From: Octopus sinensis
Taxonomy: Eukaryota
NCBI RefSeq assembly: GCF_006345805.1
Contig: NC_043018.1
Span: 23,498,001 to 23,562,000 of the forward strand
Direction of reading: 5' to 3'
Length of the DNA stretch: 64,000 nt
Numbering within the stretch: position 1 is the first letter of the stretch; each line of letters opens with the position of its first letter. The notes beneath the pieces were generated by a model that had not been told where the DNA came from, ran no database searches, and was given only the letters and a program-made list of their open reading frames with translations. A program made the translations under genes and the position numbers. Positions 13,901 through 27,030 of this stretch are shown piece by piece.

Positions 13901-15738
13901 TGCCACCGACACAGGTTGCACAGACGAGGTGGCAGACGGCCACGCTCGGATGGTGTTTTTTATGTGCCACCGACACAGGTGCCAGACGAGGCTGGCGAAC
14001 GGCTACAATCGGACGGTGTTTGTTACGTGCCCACACAAGCATGGAAAGTGGACATTAAATGATGATGCTGATGATGATGATGACGCTAATTGATAGACTG
14101 AAAGATAGGAGGATAGATATACTCTTTTACTCTTTTACTCGTTTCAGTCATTTGACTGCGGCCATGCTGGAGCACCGCCTTTTAATCGAGCAACTCGACC
14201 CCAGGACTTATTCTTTTGTAAGCCCAGTACTTATTCTATTGGTCTCTTTTGCCAAACCGCTAAGTAACAGGGACATAAACACACCAGCATCGGTTGTCAA
14301 GCAATGCTAGGGGGACAAACACAGACACACAAACACACGCACGCATATATATATATACATATATACGACGGGCTTCTTTCAGTTTCCGTCTACCAAATCC
14401 ACTCACAAGGCTTTGGTCGGCCCGAGGCTATAGTAGAAGACACTTGCCCAAGGTGCCACGCAGTGGGACTGAACCCAGAACCCAGAACCATGTGGTTGGT
14501 AAACAAGCTACTTACCACACAGCCACTCCTGCGCCTATGATATATCAACAGATAGCCAGAAAAATAATAGACAAATACACTAATAGAAATTATATATCGC
14601 AATGTTTGCTGTTTGACACACCCAGTACAAGGAAGTTGTCAATGAAGTTGTTTAACAAATTGGTAATTAAATAAGATAATTGTGTCTGGCTATCTGACTT
14701 TCCTTGCATCTGCTCATCTTTTAATCTCTTTATCTTTTTGTTTGTCTATCCTTTACTCTGTCTACCCTTTTCGTCTCTCTATCCTTTCATTTAGTTTTCC
14801 TTTCATCTGCTCGTCTTTTCATTTGTCTATCATTTCATCTATGTATTGTTTTATACGTTGTCCTTTCTTCTGTTAAGCCTTATATATATATTCACCTTTT
14901 CATCTATTCATCCATCGATTCATCCAACTAGCTATCTAGTTTCCTTTGTATCTCTCACACTTTCTTTCGCTCTCTCTCTCTCTCTCAATCGGTATATTTC
15001 TGTGTGTGTGTGTGTGTGTGTTTGTTCATTGTCTCATTTAACATCTGTCTTCCATACTGCCGTGGGTAATGTATGCATGTGTAGTGTTAATCCTTTAACC
15101 TGTGTGTCCATTCAGTTATCCGTACTTTCATCTGTCCAAGTTCTTCTCAATACCATATTGTCAGTCACATTTCCATTGTCTTTTTCAGTGTAAAAGACTA
15201 CACAATCACACAGCGCTATAAAAGCCATTACTTACTATTCATTCTTCAGCTGATATCAGATTCGGCAGAACATTAGATGGAATACCGTGCCGTATTCCAT
15301 TACGACTTTTAAGTTAAAAAGTTCTAGTTCTGCCAGAATCTTCCTCCTCCCCTTCACCCCTTCTCCTCCTGTTCCTCCTCCTCCTCCACCTCATATCATC
15401 ATCATTTAATGTCCATGTTCCATACTGACACGAGTTGGATGGTTTGACAAGATCTAAAGGCACCAAGGTCTGCATTTAACTCATGTTTTTTTTTTATGGT
15501 TGGATGTCCTTGTTTAATGGCTGTCTTCCCTATGAAGCTCAAGTGTAAACTGCCCTGTCATTTAAGTGTCTATGTAGGTGCAGGCATGGTTGTGTGGTTA
15601 ACAGACTTGCATCCCAACCATGTGCTTTTGGGTTCAATTCTGCTGTGCAGCTCTTTGGGCAAGTGTCTTTTTTGTTTAGTCCCAAAATGATGAAAGCCTT
15701 GTGAGTGGATTTGGTAGATGGCAATTGAAAGAAGCCTC

Positions 15739-15789
<51 letters not shown>

Positions 15790-18700
15790 AATGTATGTGT
15801 ATTTTTTCAATGTGTACAAATAACATGGAATAACATCAATGTTTTCTTTGAAACATATGTAGGAAGTATAAAGATTTGAATAAATTTATATATATATGAT
15901 ATATGTATATATGTGTGTGTGTGTGTATGAAGTTAAATAAATGACAAGGGAACAAGAAATTATGCAATGAACTTCATTAGGTTACAGCTGTTTCCACTAT
16001 GAGATGCAAGGTGTTCAAGTTGAGTGCTTGTGTGTCACCTTATAGATTTGTCAGAGCTTCAAAAATGAAGTACAATTTTATTTGAGAAAGCATTTATATA
16101 TATGGAAAATATCAACATCTCAGAGTAGCTTTTACTCTTAAAACTCTGGGTAAAGACTCCTTTTGGTCATCTCTCAGGGTGAAATTTTTATAAAGATTAT
16201 AACCTTGATAGCAGAGGTGGGGGTCTGGTTTGGATTGGAACAAAAAGATGTTATAGAGAGGAAAGTATCTTTTGTTTTAGTTTGTCAGCAAAAAATGTCT
16301 ACAGTTTGTTGATATGCCTTAAAGGCATAATATCTTTCTGCCAGGAGTCTGGTCCAAGCCCTTTGTTTGAAAGTAGTTTATTCTCTTATCAGAGTTTTAA
16401 TTCTCTCACCAAAAGATTTTGGTCAGGTGGTTTTATTCAATGGAAGATATCAGCATCATCATTGTTTAACATTTGTTTTCCATGCTGGCATGGATGGGAC
16501 AGTTTGACAGGGGCTGCTGAACCAGAGGACTGCACTCAGCTCCAGTGTCTGCTTTGGTATGGCTTCACTGGCTGGATGCACTTCCTTAAACCAACCACTA
16601 TACAGAGTGCACTGGGTGCTTTTCACAAGGTGCCATCACTATTGAGGTCAACAAGTAACTCACAAGACAAGACAAGACCCCCTCGACTGGGGGATGAGGA
16701 GTTGTACTGAGGGGGGGGGAACTTTATGCCAGCTGATGAAATGTTCAAGTATGATAGAGAGACAGGAACAGGTGTCTTGTTATATGGGAGATGCCTGGTT
16801 ACCTCATTTGGAAGATGGAGGGGAATAGGTGTCAGGGCATGCCCTTGAGTAACAGGGTGGTGAATAAAGAGAAATGGTAAGGGTGGGTAAGTTCAAGGGA
16901 GTGTGAGTAGTTGAGTGGCAGATGACTAGAGGGAGAAGCAGTGCGTAGTAAATACAGGTAGGGAGCAAAATCAGCCATGAATATTGTTGGAGGAGAAGGT
17001 GAGGAAGTAGGTGTGGTAATAGTATTATAATTTTCCCAGCTATTAACCATATCTTTACTTGATGAAGTGCCTTTTAATATTTACACCAACATTTAAGGCA
17101 GTGAGCAGGCAAAATGCTGAACAGCATTTCGTTCATCTTTACATTCTAGGTTCAAAGCCACTGGGGTCGTTGACTTTACCTTCCATCTTTCAAGGGTGAT
17201 AAAATAAGTACTATTTGAGCACCGGGGTCAATTTAACCCTTTAGTGTTCAGATTATTATATCAAACATAATGCTTATTGATTCCCATTGATTTGAATTAA
17301 TCATGCATTATCTCATATCTTCAAGATCTTGATGGTGTAATTACTTAATGTAGAATAACATTGTAGGGTAGGTGTGAGAGCCTGGATCTGGTCAGTTTGA
17401 ACATAAAACAGATTAGCTATTTTGGCCGGATATGTCCAGTTTAAATACTAAAGGGTTAATCAATTTAGCCCCTCCCCTGAAATTGCTGGCCTTGTGCCAA
17501 AATTTGAAACCAATATTTACTTCAACATTACATTATGATTGGTTTGTTTTTTGATTGTCATCAGATGTCTCATTCCTGGATGTGTACAAAATACCTGACT
17601 CGATTTGAACTCAGAACATTCATTTCTAAACTAAGAAATAACAAAGTTTGCATCCATAAAACCACTGAAGCATATCTTTTGTATTTCATCTTAGCATGCT
17701 GCCAAAGACAACAGCAACACCTCCTATAAGAAGTTTTCAGAGGCCGCCATGAATTCCATCCGAGATTGCACACTAAGGGGCCAAATGGAGCTGAAATATG
17801 GGACTTCACCAGTTCTTACACTTGATGAAGTCGAGGATGCGGCTAATATTGTGAAGCGATTTGCAACTGGTAAAGTATTAAAGAAAGAAAAAAAGGATTT
17901 CTACTATGGTTTTACACACACACACTTGCATTCTTTCAGTCTATCATATCTATAATATCAACCTTATTTTGGTACATATTTTATCAATATATGTGTTATT
18001 GAAGGACTAAATTACGTTTTTAAACCTAACACTTCGTTTTAACACCAGGTAAATGCATGCGCATACACACACACACACACACACATACGCACAGATTACT
18101 TGGCAACCTCACTAGTGCCAACAGCATGAAAAACTGCACTCAGCACACACTGTAAGATGGCTGATATTAGGAAGGGCATCCAGTCATAGACACCATGCCA
18201 AAGTTGACGTGGAGCATGACGCAGCCCTGCAGTTTGCTGGATCCAATCCGTAGCAGCAAGAAAAACGGATGTTAAATTATGAAGTTGATACATACAATGA
18301 ACTCTTGTACAGTTTCCACTTAAATATTACTGAACCAGCTTCTTTCCATCAACAGTTGTGGCCAAAAGTTTGGAACACACGGCGAAAATTAGAAATTCTT
18401 GTATTAACCCTTTCGTTACCAACCCGGCCAAAACTGGCTCTGGCTCAGTAGTACAAATGTCTTGTTTTCATAAGTTTTTCATCAAAATATACCACCAAAC
18501 CTTAGTCGCCATTTATATTCCTAGCACTAGCTTAATGATAACTAGGTTATTTTACTAAATTCTTTGTTATATTTAAAATAATTGAAAGAAACACAGAACA
18601 TCTTAAAATAAATACAGTAACGAAAGTGTTAAATGCCCAGTTATCTTTAATTTGCAATACATTATTACTACTTACAGTAATATGGTGGGCATAACAATTT

Positions 18701-21435
18701 TAATTCTTTTAAACAATTCTGCATATTGGTACCAATGAGAGGAACCTCTATATCAGAAAGATATCTGAATGAAGGTGACCAGATGAATGCTAAGTCAGCT
18801 ATTAAACAGGTGATTAATTAGACTTTCTTAAAATACACTGCTGTAGTTTTGCTCTGTCTTCATGGTGCCCCTTTCTTGTAGCTCGCTTTTTCCAAATTTT
18901 TGGCCATGACTGTATGTATGATGTTTCCTATTTTAGGTGCCATGAGCTTTGGCAGTATCTCGTATGAAGCACATACGACTCTGGCCATTGCTATGAATCG
19001 GATTGGAGGAAAATCTAATACAGGTGAAGGAGGAGAGAACGCAGAAAGATATCTGAATGAAGGTGACCAGATGAATGCTAGGTCAGCTATTAAACAGGTG
19101 ATTAATTAGACTTTCTTAAAATACACTGCTGTAGTTTTGCTCTGTCTTCATGGTGCCCCTTTCTTGTAGCTCGCTTTTTCTAATTTCTCTTCTATCATGA
19201 ACCAACTATTTTTTTAAAAATCCAATTCCAATCTGCATATTGGTGCCAATGAGAGGAACCTCTATGTGTTCTTAACCTACTAATAATAGCAGCTAACTCA
19301 CCCTCAAATCACACTTTGTGGAATTTTTAACCTGTTACCTGTCCAAAGCATCTATCTTTTATCGTTGACTTGCTCCAGTCATTTGACTGTGGCCATGCTG
19401 GAGCACCACCCTGAAGGGTTTTAGTCAAACAAATTAGGGCACATTTTTGATAAACTGGTCTTTGATACTTTATATCTGAAAAAAAACCCAAAAAACTATT
19501 GGATTGTCATACCTGGATGGCCTTTAAATGTAACTTTGTAGGATTATGTTTGATCTGAGATTTAACCAAAACAGTAACATCCTATATATTCCTCTTTTAA
19601 TTAGAGCTAAGGGTAAGGTAGTACTGTGCATCCTATTAACTGTTGCGGGCCTTCTACTTGTGAAATTTTGGTGGGTTTTATACAACATTAATGTCGTATT
19701 CACACTTGTTTCTAAAATAATCTACTCTTCTATGACACACTATCAATTTCTTAGATAATCTTATCTTGCAGAGCACACTCCATCAGCCCTCTCAGCTAAT
19801 CTTACAGAGTCAAACACACTTTATAACCCACTTGGCTAATTTAATACAGTTAGACATACTTCCTAACCCTCTCAACTAAGCTTATCTACAACACACTCTC
19901 TTTCCCTGTCAACTAATTTTTTTCTTGTTGGATAATTTTGACACACTGTCTGGGTGGGGATACCTGATTGCTACCTATCATTTTCTCTCTCACATTACTC
20001 CTTCCTCTATGGCTCATTGTTTGCATTCATCACTCTCCCTCATTTCAGATACTCCCTCTTGCATCACCCTATCTCTCTCCCCCTCTCTCTCAATCTCATT
20101 GCTCATGATATTCTTCAGTTCAGTCACCTTAAAACAAACATGTAGCTGCTTATTGCTCTCTCTCTTTCCCTATCTCTGTCTATCTCTTTTACTTGTTTCA
20201 GTCATTTGACTGCGGCCATGCTGGAGCACCGCCTTTAGTCGAGTAAATCGACACCCAGGACTTATTCTTTGTAAGCCTAGTACTTATTCTATCGGTCTCT
20301 TTTGCCGAACTGCTAAGTTACAGCGACGTAAACACGCCAGCATCGGTTGTCAAGCGATGTTGGGGGGACAAACACAGACACACAAACGCACACATACACA
20401 CACATATATACGACGGGCTTCTTTAAGTTTCCGTCTACCAAATCCACTCACAAGGCTTTGGTCGGCCCGAGGCTATAGTAGAAGACACTTGCCCAAGGTG
20501 CCACGCAGTGGGACTGAACCCGGAACCATGTGGTTGGTAAACAAGCTACTTACCACACAGCCACTCTCTCCCTGACAGTTTATCTATATATTTATCAATC
20601 TCTCTCTCTCTCTTTCCCTCCCTCTTTCTCTCTCTCTCTTTCCCTCCCTCTTTCTCTCTCTCTCTCTTTCCCCCCTTCTCTCACTCTATATCTATTTGTA
20701 TCTATATCTATACCAATCCTTCTTCCAGGTTGCCTCTGGTCGTTTTGGAGTAACCAGCTCATACCTTGCCCATGCAGATGACATCCAAATCAAAATGGCC
20801 CAAGGTGCCAAACCAGGTGAAGGAGGAGAACTACCTGGATACAAGGTATATACACATTTATATATTTTATATAGCATGTAGAGTGTGTGTGTGTGTGTGT
20901 GTGTGTGTCAGATAAAATGGTATTCATGAGATTCTTTATTCAGAACTACTACAATTGTTTTGGCTCATCAAGCACCTGTACCTCACAGGTGATATTCTGT
21001 ACAAGCATTTGATTGAAAAGCATCTCACCTGTGATGTACCTGTGAGTGTAAGTATATATTGTTTGATGTCATAAGAATTAAGAAACTTTGAAATGAACAT
21101 TAAATTTTTTGAACATGCTAATTATATATTAAAAAATTTTAGTCAAACCAGATTTTTAAATTTTTGGTAGTGAATATATCAGCATAGCTTTATATAAGCT
21201 GAGTATGAAAATTATAGAGATACAAGACTTAGAATAATTTTATGAATAAATAAATAAGATAAAATAAAATAATCATTGGGAGAACATAATAATAAAAGGA
21301 GTAAAAGGGTTTAATTACTAATACTACAGTAAAGTATATACAGGGCACCTTGGACAAGTGTTTTCAACTATAGCCTCGGGCCAACCAAAGGCTTGTGAGT
21401 GGATTTGGTAGGGAGAAACTGAAAGAAGCCCATCG

Positions 21436-21494
<59 letters not shown>

Positions 21495-23560
21495 GTGTGT
21501 GTGTGTGTCTGTGTTTGTCCCCTCACCATTGCTTGACAATTGATGCTGGTGTGTTTATGTCTCCCATAACTTAGCGGTTCAGCAAAAGTGATTGATAAAA
21601 TAAGTATTAAGCTTTCAAAGAATAAGTCCTGGGGTTGATTTGGTCAACTAAAGGTGGTGCTCCATCATGGCCACTGTCAAATGACTGAAACAAATAAAAG
21701 AATATATATATATATATATATATATATTGTAGAGAGCAGCTCATGATTCACCCAGTTGCTAGTCCAGTCATCTGAGTAACATTGGCATAAAGGAAAACTT
21801 GGTAAGACAATTGTCATTGGTTATGAGTTGCCAGAGTGAAGGTTGTAGTGACCCCTGGTGAATGCTGTTACTAAGTGCAATTAACTCTGTTCCTGCAAAA
21901 AGAACAGCCTGGAAACTCATCTACTAATGTCATCCAGAAGGTTCTTGTTTATGAGAGTTTGTAGTGGTGGTAGTGGTGGAGGAGGTGGCTGTGATAGTGG
22001 TGATAATATTAACAATAAAGGGGATGGTGATGGTGGTGATAAAGAGATAGATGGTGGTGGTGGTGGGAGTACTTGTATTAGTGGTAGACATCATGGTGGT
22101 GACAGCTATTTAGCTCTGAGTGAACCCTCATCAGCAGAACCTATGATTAAAGGCATTCCAGCCATGACCATCCTATCTGACATTATCTCTCCAACTACGT
22201 TATCTATCCACTGTGATCTTCCTTTTTTAAAATGACAGGTTGTTATTGAAGAAGATCTGGCTGTTATTTCTAACCACCCAAGTAACTACAATGAGGCACC
22301 TTACCCTTTTAATGGAAATATCTACTGCTGATGTTTATGATAATGATGATAATGATGAGGAGAGAGGGAGACAAGGAAGACAATTTCAATATTTTTTTGC
22401 TTTGTGGTGTGTCAGAGGTGGTGGTCAGCAGCAATGATGGATTTCTTTTTTGTTTTTTTGTTGTTTAGAAAATATCTTAAAACCCCAGTTTTGTATTTTT
22501 CTAGGTAACAGAAGACATTGCTAGAACGAGGAAATCAATTCCTGGTGTTGGGTTGATCAGCCCTCCTCCTCATCATGACATTTACTCAATTGAAGATCTT
22601 GCAGAGGTAAGCCTGTCAATAATTCTCTCAACATATTCTCTCATTCGTGACAAGAAGTTCTCAATCATAGTTTGCTTATGGACCTGAAATAAGTACCAGT
22701 TATGCACTGGGATCGATGTAATCAACCAGCTCCTCTTGCCCCAAATTTCCGGCCTTGTCCCTACAGTAGAAAGGATCATTATTATTATTATTATTATTAC
22801 TCCTACTAAGAATTGTATAAAAAAACCCAACATTGTTAAAATATTTCGTTTGTAGAAGTATAATAAATTTAACAACAAAATCTTATATGGGCAATGAAGG
22901 GCCTTGTGGAGCCTGGTTAAGAACCACTTCTGTAAATCAGGCCATAAACCCATCTCCATCTTACCCTACCCTGCCATACACAAAAAAATTGGATCATTCC
23001 GACTGATTGAGAATAATCCACTCACCGACATACTTCAACCTCTCGTTCATTGTCAACCATGTACTCTCCTCTTTATTTCTTCTACCAAAACTGTGAGATA
23101 TGGAACCATGGTAATAAATATATATATCTTCCTGTACCATCTTTAATCTCTTTTAATCTCTTTTCTACACAGTTAATCTACGACTTGAAATGTTCCAATC
23201 CGTCAGCACAGATCAGTGTAAAGCTTGTCTCTGAGGTTGGGGTAGGTGTGATTGCCTCAGGGGTTGCAAAGGTAAGATAGTTGTTGTTTCTGGAGAGTGG
23301 TGTGTCTATCTGGATGTGTGCGTGTGTGTGCGTGCATGTGTGTGTAACTGGTTTTGTATTGGTCTGTATATGTGTGTTTGTCTCTGCTTGTGTATAAGAA
23401 TCTGTCTGTTTATGTATGTGTGAGATTATGTGTGTGTGAGTGTGTCATTGATTTTGTATTGGTCTGTATATATGTATGTGTGTATGCATTTGTGTATATG
23501 CTTGTGCGCATGCATGTGTATGTGTGTTTATACATGTACTACTGTATGAGACTGTGTATG

Positions 23561-23604
<44 letters not shown>

Positions 23605-26600
23605 CGCACAGACATACACATGAATATATATGAGTCTGTATGCTAGTTGTGCGTGTGTGTGTGTATGTGTATACATACACATACATATACAGACAGATTG
23701 ACAGAAAGAGAGAGAGGGAAAGAGAGAAATAATATCATTATGCCATTGTATTCATGTCTTGATGTCTCTTTATGAAGGGCAAAGCTGAACACATTACCAT
23801 TTCTGGACACGATGGTGGAACCGGAGCCAGCAGCTGGACTGGAATCAAATACGCCGGTGTTCCATGGGAGCTTGGTATTTCTGAGACTCACCAGACACTA
23901 GTTATGAACAACCTCCGTTCAAGAGTACGACTACAAGCTGATGGCCAAATCCGAACAGGTTTGTATCTTTGATGACAACTAATTCTGGAGACCCAGTTTC
24001 ATTGCTGTGGTTTATAAACCAGACCTCCATCTATTCTTTCCCCTCTTACACACTACAGCTACTTAAAAAATATTAATTTGCTACAGAGGCAATATTAATA
24101 CCAAGAGGTAGTATTTATCCCCACTCAAACATGGCAGTTTTGTCACAAACTATTCTATGAGAGTTTGGGTCATAGTTCCAAGCGTAGGATCATTTGTTCT
24201 GAGTGGGCATAAATATTATTTTTCAGTCTGATTGATACTGCCTCTATTGCTAATATTCATTTTTTAACAAGACAACTGGCTAATTATGACTCCAGCACCT
24301 GGGTGCATGTTACCAAGAAGCCAATATGAGAGTTTCTTTCATGGTAACTACCACAGCATCGTTAGTTTGTTCTAACAAAACATCTACATTAAAGTGGGGA
24401 TAAATATTACAACTTGTAGCTTACAGGAGCACTGTCTCCTCTCTCTCTCTGTTTTTTCTACTACATTGGCCTCTGTTTCTCGGAACTGGCTTTCTGTATA
24501 ACACCCTTGCTTTCCTGGAATGCCTGACATTGACAAACTGCAAAAATAGCATCTGTTATTTTCTCAATCACCTCCAGAACAATTCCATTTCATCTAGCTC
24601 TAGAGCATATGAGGGGGTACCCAAAAAACCCCAAAATTTTGTAATATTATTTAATTCCTTTAGTTAAACACTTTTATCACCTTCAAAGTATTTTCCATTT
24701 GAAGCAATGCATGGGTCCAGATGTGTTGGAAGCAGAGTTGGATCTCTTGCAAAGTGTTCTCTTTTTAAGCATCCATCGCTTTTTTTCTTCACCTTTTCCA
24801 TATCTGCAAATTCTGTAGCCCCAGCTTCTGTCACCAGGGATGACCTTCATAAAAAGGTCCATATCAACTTCCATCTGTTCTTTCAGTTCACGACCTGCAT
24901 TCAGTTGTTTTTGCTTCCATGAGCATTAGGAAGGGTGGTTGGCGTTAGGAAGGGCAGTTAGTGTTAGGAAGGGCTTCCAGCCGTAGAAACATTGCCAGAT
25001 CAGACTGGGCCTGGTGCAGCCTTCTGGCTTCCCAGACCCCAGTTGAACCGTTTAGCGGATGCTAAACGATGATGATGAGCAAGTGAGGGACAAATTTCTC
25101 TGCAACTCTTTTCATTCACAATTCCTCGTTCAGAATTCGTTGGCAAGAACTCCTGAACATGCCAGTCTTATCAACAAGTTTGTCAGTTGTTCAGTGACAG
25201 TCTTCCAAGATCAGTTCATGAATTTTCACAATGTTTTCATTCAATCAGCAGGTCAACAATCACCCAAAATGAGGTTGGTCTTCAAGCAAAAAGTGACCAT
25301 TCCTAAAGCACAAAAACCTCTTGTAAATTTGTGTTTTGCTCATGGCAGCATCCTTGTAAGCTGATTGAAGCATGACAACTGATTTGGTTGCTGTTTTCCA
25401 CAGCAGAAAAGAGAATTTCATGGGAGCGCACTGTTCCTTCATTTCAACCATCACAAAAATCAACAAACAGGGGAGAAGCAATGCAAAACAAAGACGCACC
25501 AGGTGGCAGTATGATCCCACTCAATGCCACTGGTCAGCAGACTGATGCCTGAGGGTCACATCAAGTGGCTTCTAGCAGTGGAAGCCTGAACTACAACAGA
25601 CTTGTCCTACAGAGAACGTTTCCTGTTACTTTTGAGTACCCCCTTATATTGCACAGCATGTCACCAAAAGGTTATTATCCTAGATGTCCACTGCTACTAT
25701 TTAGCTTTTAATGATATATGTATGTTAGATATATCTTATAGACAAAGAGCTACTTCTATTGCATGATTTGAATTTTATTCAGCTCAGAGCATCTTTGAAA
25801 GATCAGTGCATTGTTTATTCACTGTTTCCTTATACTCTCTTCAGAGACAGACAGGGTTAGGGAGAGAGAGAGACATTACAATTTGTTGTCTTTTGTACTT
25901 GTTTTTGTCATTAGACTGCAGCCATGTTGGTGCACCATCTTCAAGAATGTTTAGTCGAATGGGTCAACCCCATTGCTTTTTTGTTTTAAAAAAAACCTGG
26001 TACTTATTTGATTGTTCTATTTTGCCAAACTGCTAAGTTGCAGGGATTTAAACAAACCAACACCAGTTGTCAAGCAGTGGTAGGGGACAAACACAGAATG
26101 AAGACACACACACACACACACATAAACTATATATATATATAAACTATATATATAAAACACACATAAACTATATATATATATATATATAACACACACATAA
26201 ACTATATATATATATATATATATATAAACTATATATATAACACACACATAAACTATATATATAACAAAACTGTCCAACGAACGGGAACGTGAAACTCCAA
26301 GTAACAGCTTTTGTTAAATTTCTGCTGCTTTTAAGTAAAGCATATTACTCTACCTCTGGTATTTGAGTACTCTTTTTTTCCACCTTGTTTCAGATTATGT
26401 GTTTACTCCGGTATATATATATATATATATATATAACACACACATAAACTATATATATATATATATATAATAAACTATATATATAACACACACATAAACT
26501 ATATATATAACAAAACTGTCCAACGAACGGGAACGTGAAACTCCAAGTAACAGCTTTTGTTAAATTTCTGCTGCTTTTAAGTAAAGCATATTACTCTACC

Positions 26601-26656
26601 TCTGGTATTTGAGTACTCTTTTTTTCCACCTTGTTTCAGATTTATGTGTTTACTCC

Positions 26657-26695
<39 letters not shown>

Positions 26696-26964
26696 AAATA
26701 TTAGGGAATAAATCCAAACTTACAGGGAAAAATCAGATTTAGGATTAAATCCAATTTTATAGTAAAATATTATATTATATTAAATTAGAGATAAAACCAC
26801 TATTAGGCAAATCAAACAATGAAAAACATAAGCCAATACATAAAATTAATTTATATTATTTTAATATTATTTTAAAATAATATAAATTAATTAATTTTAT
26901 GTATTGGCTTATGTTTTTCATTGTTTGATTTGCCTAACAGTGGTTTTATCTCTAATTTAATATA

Positions 26965-27030
<66 letters not shown>

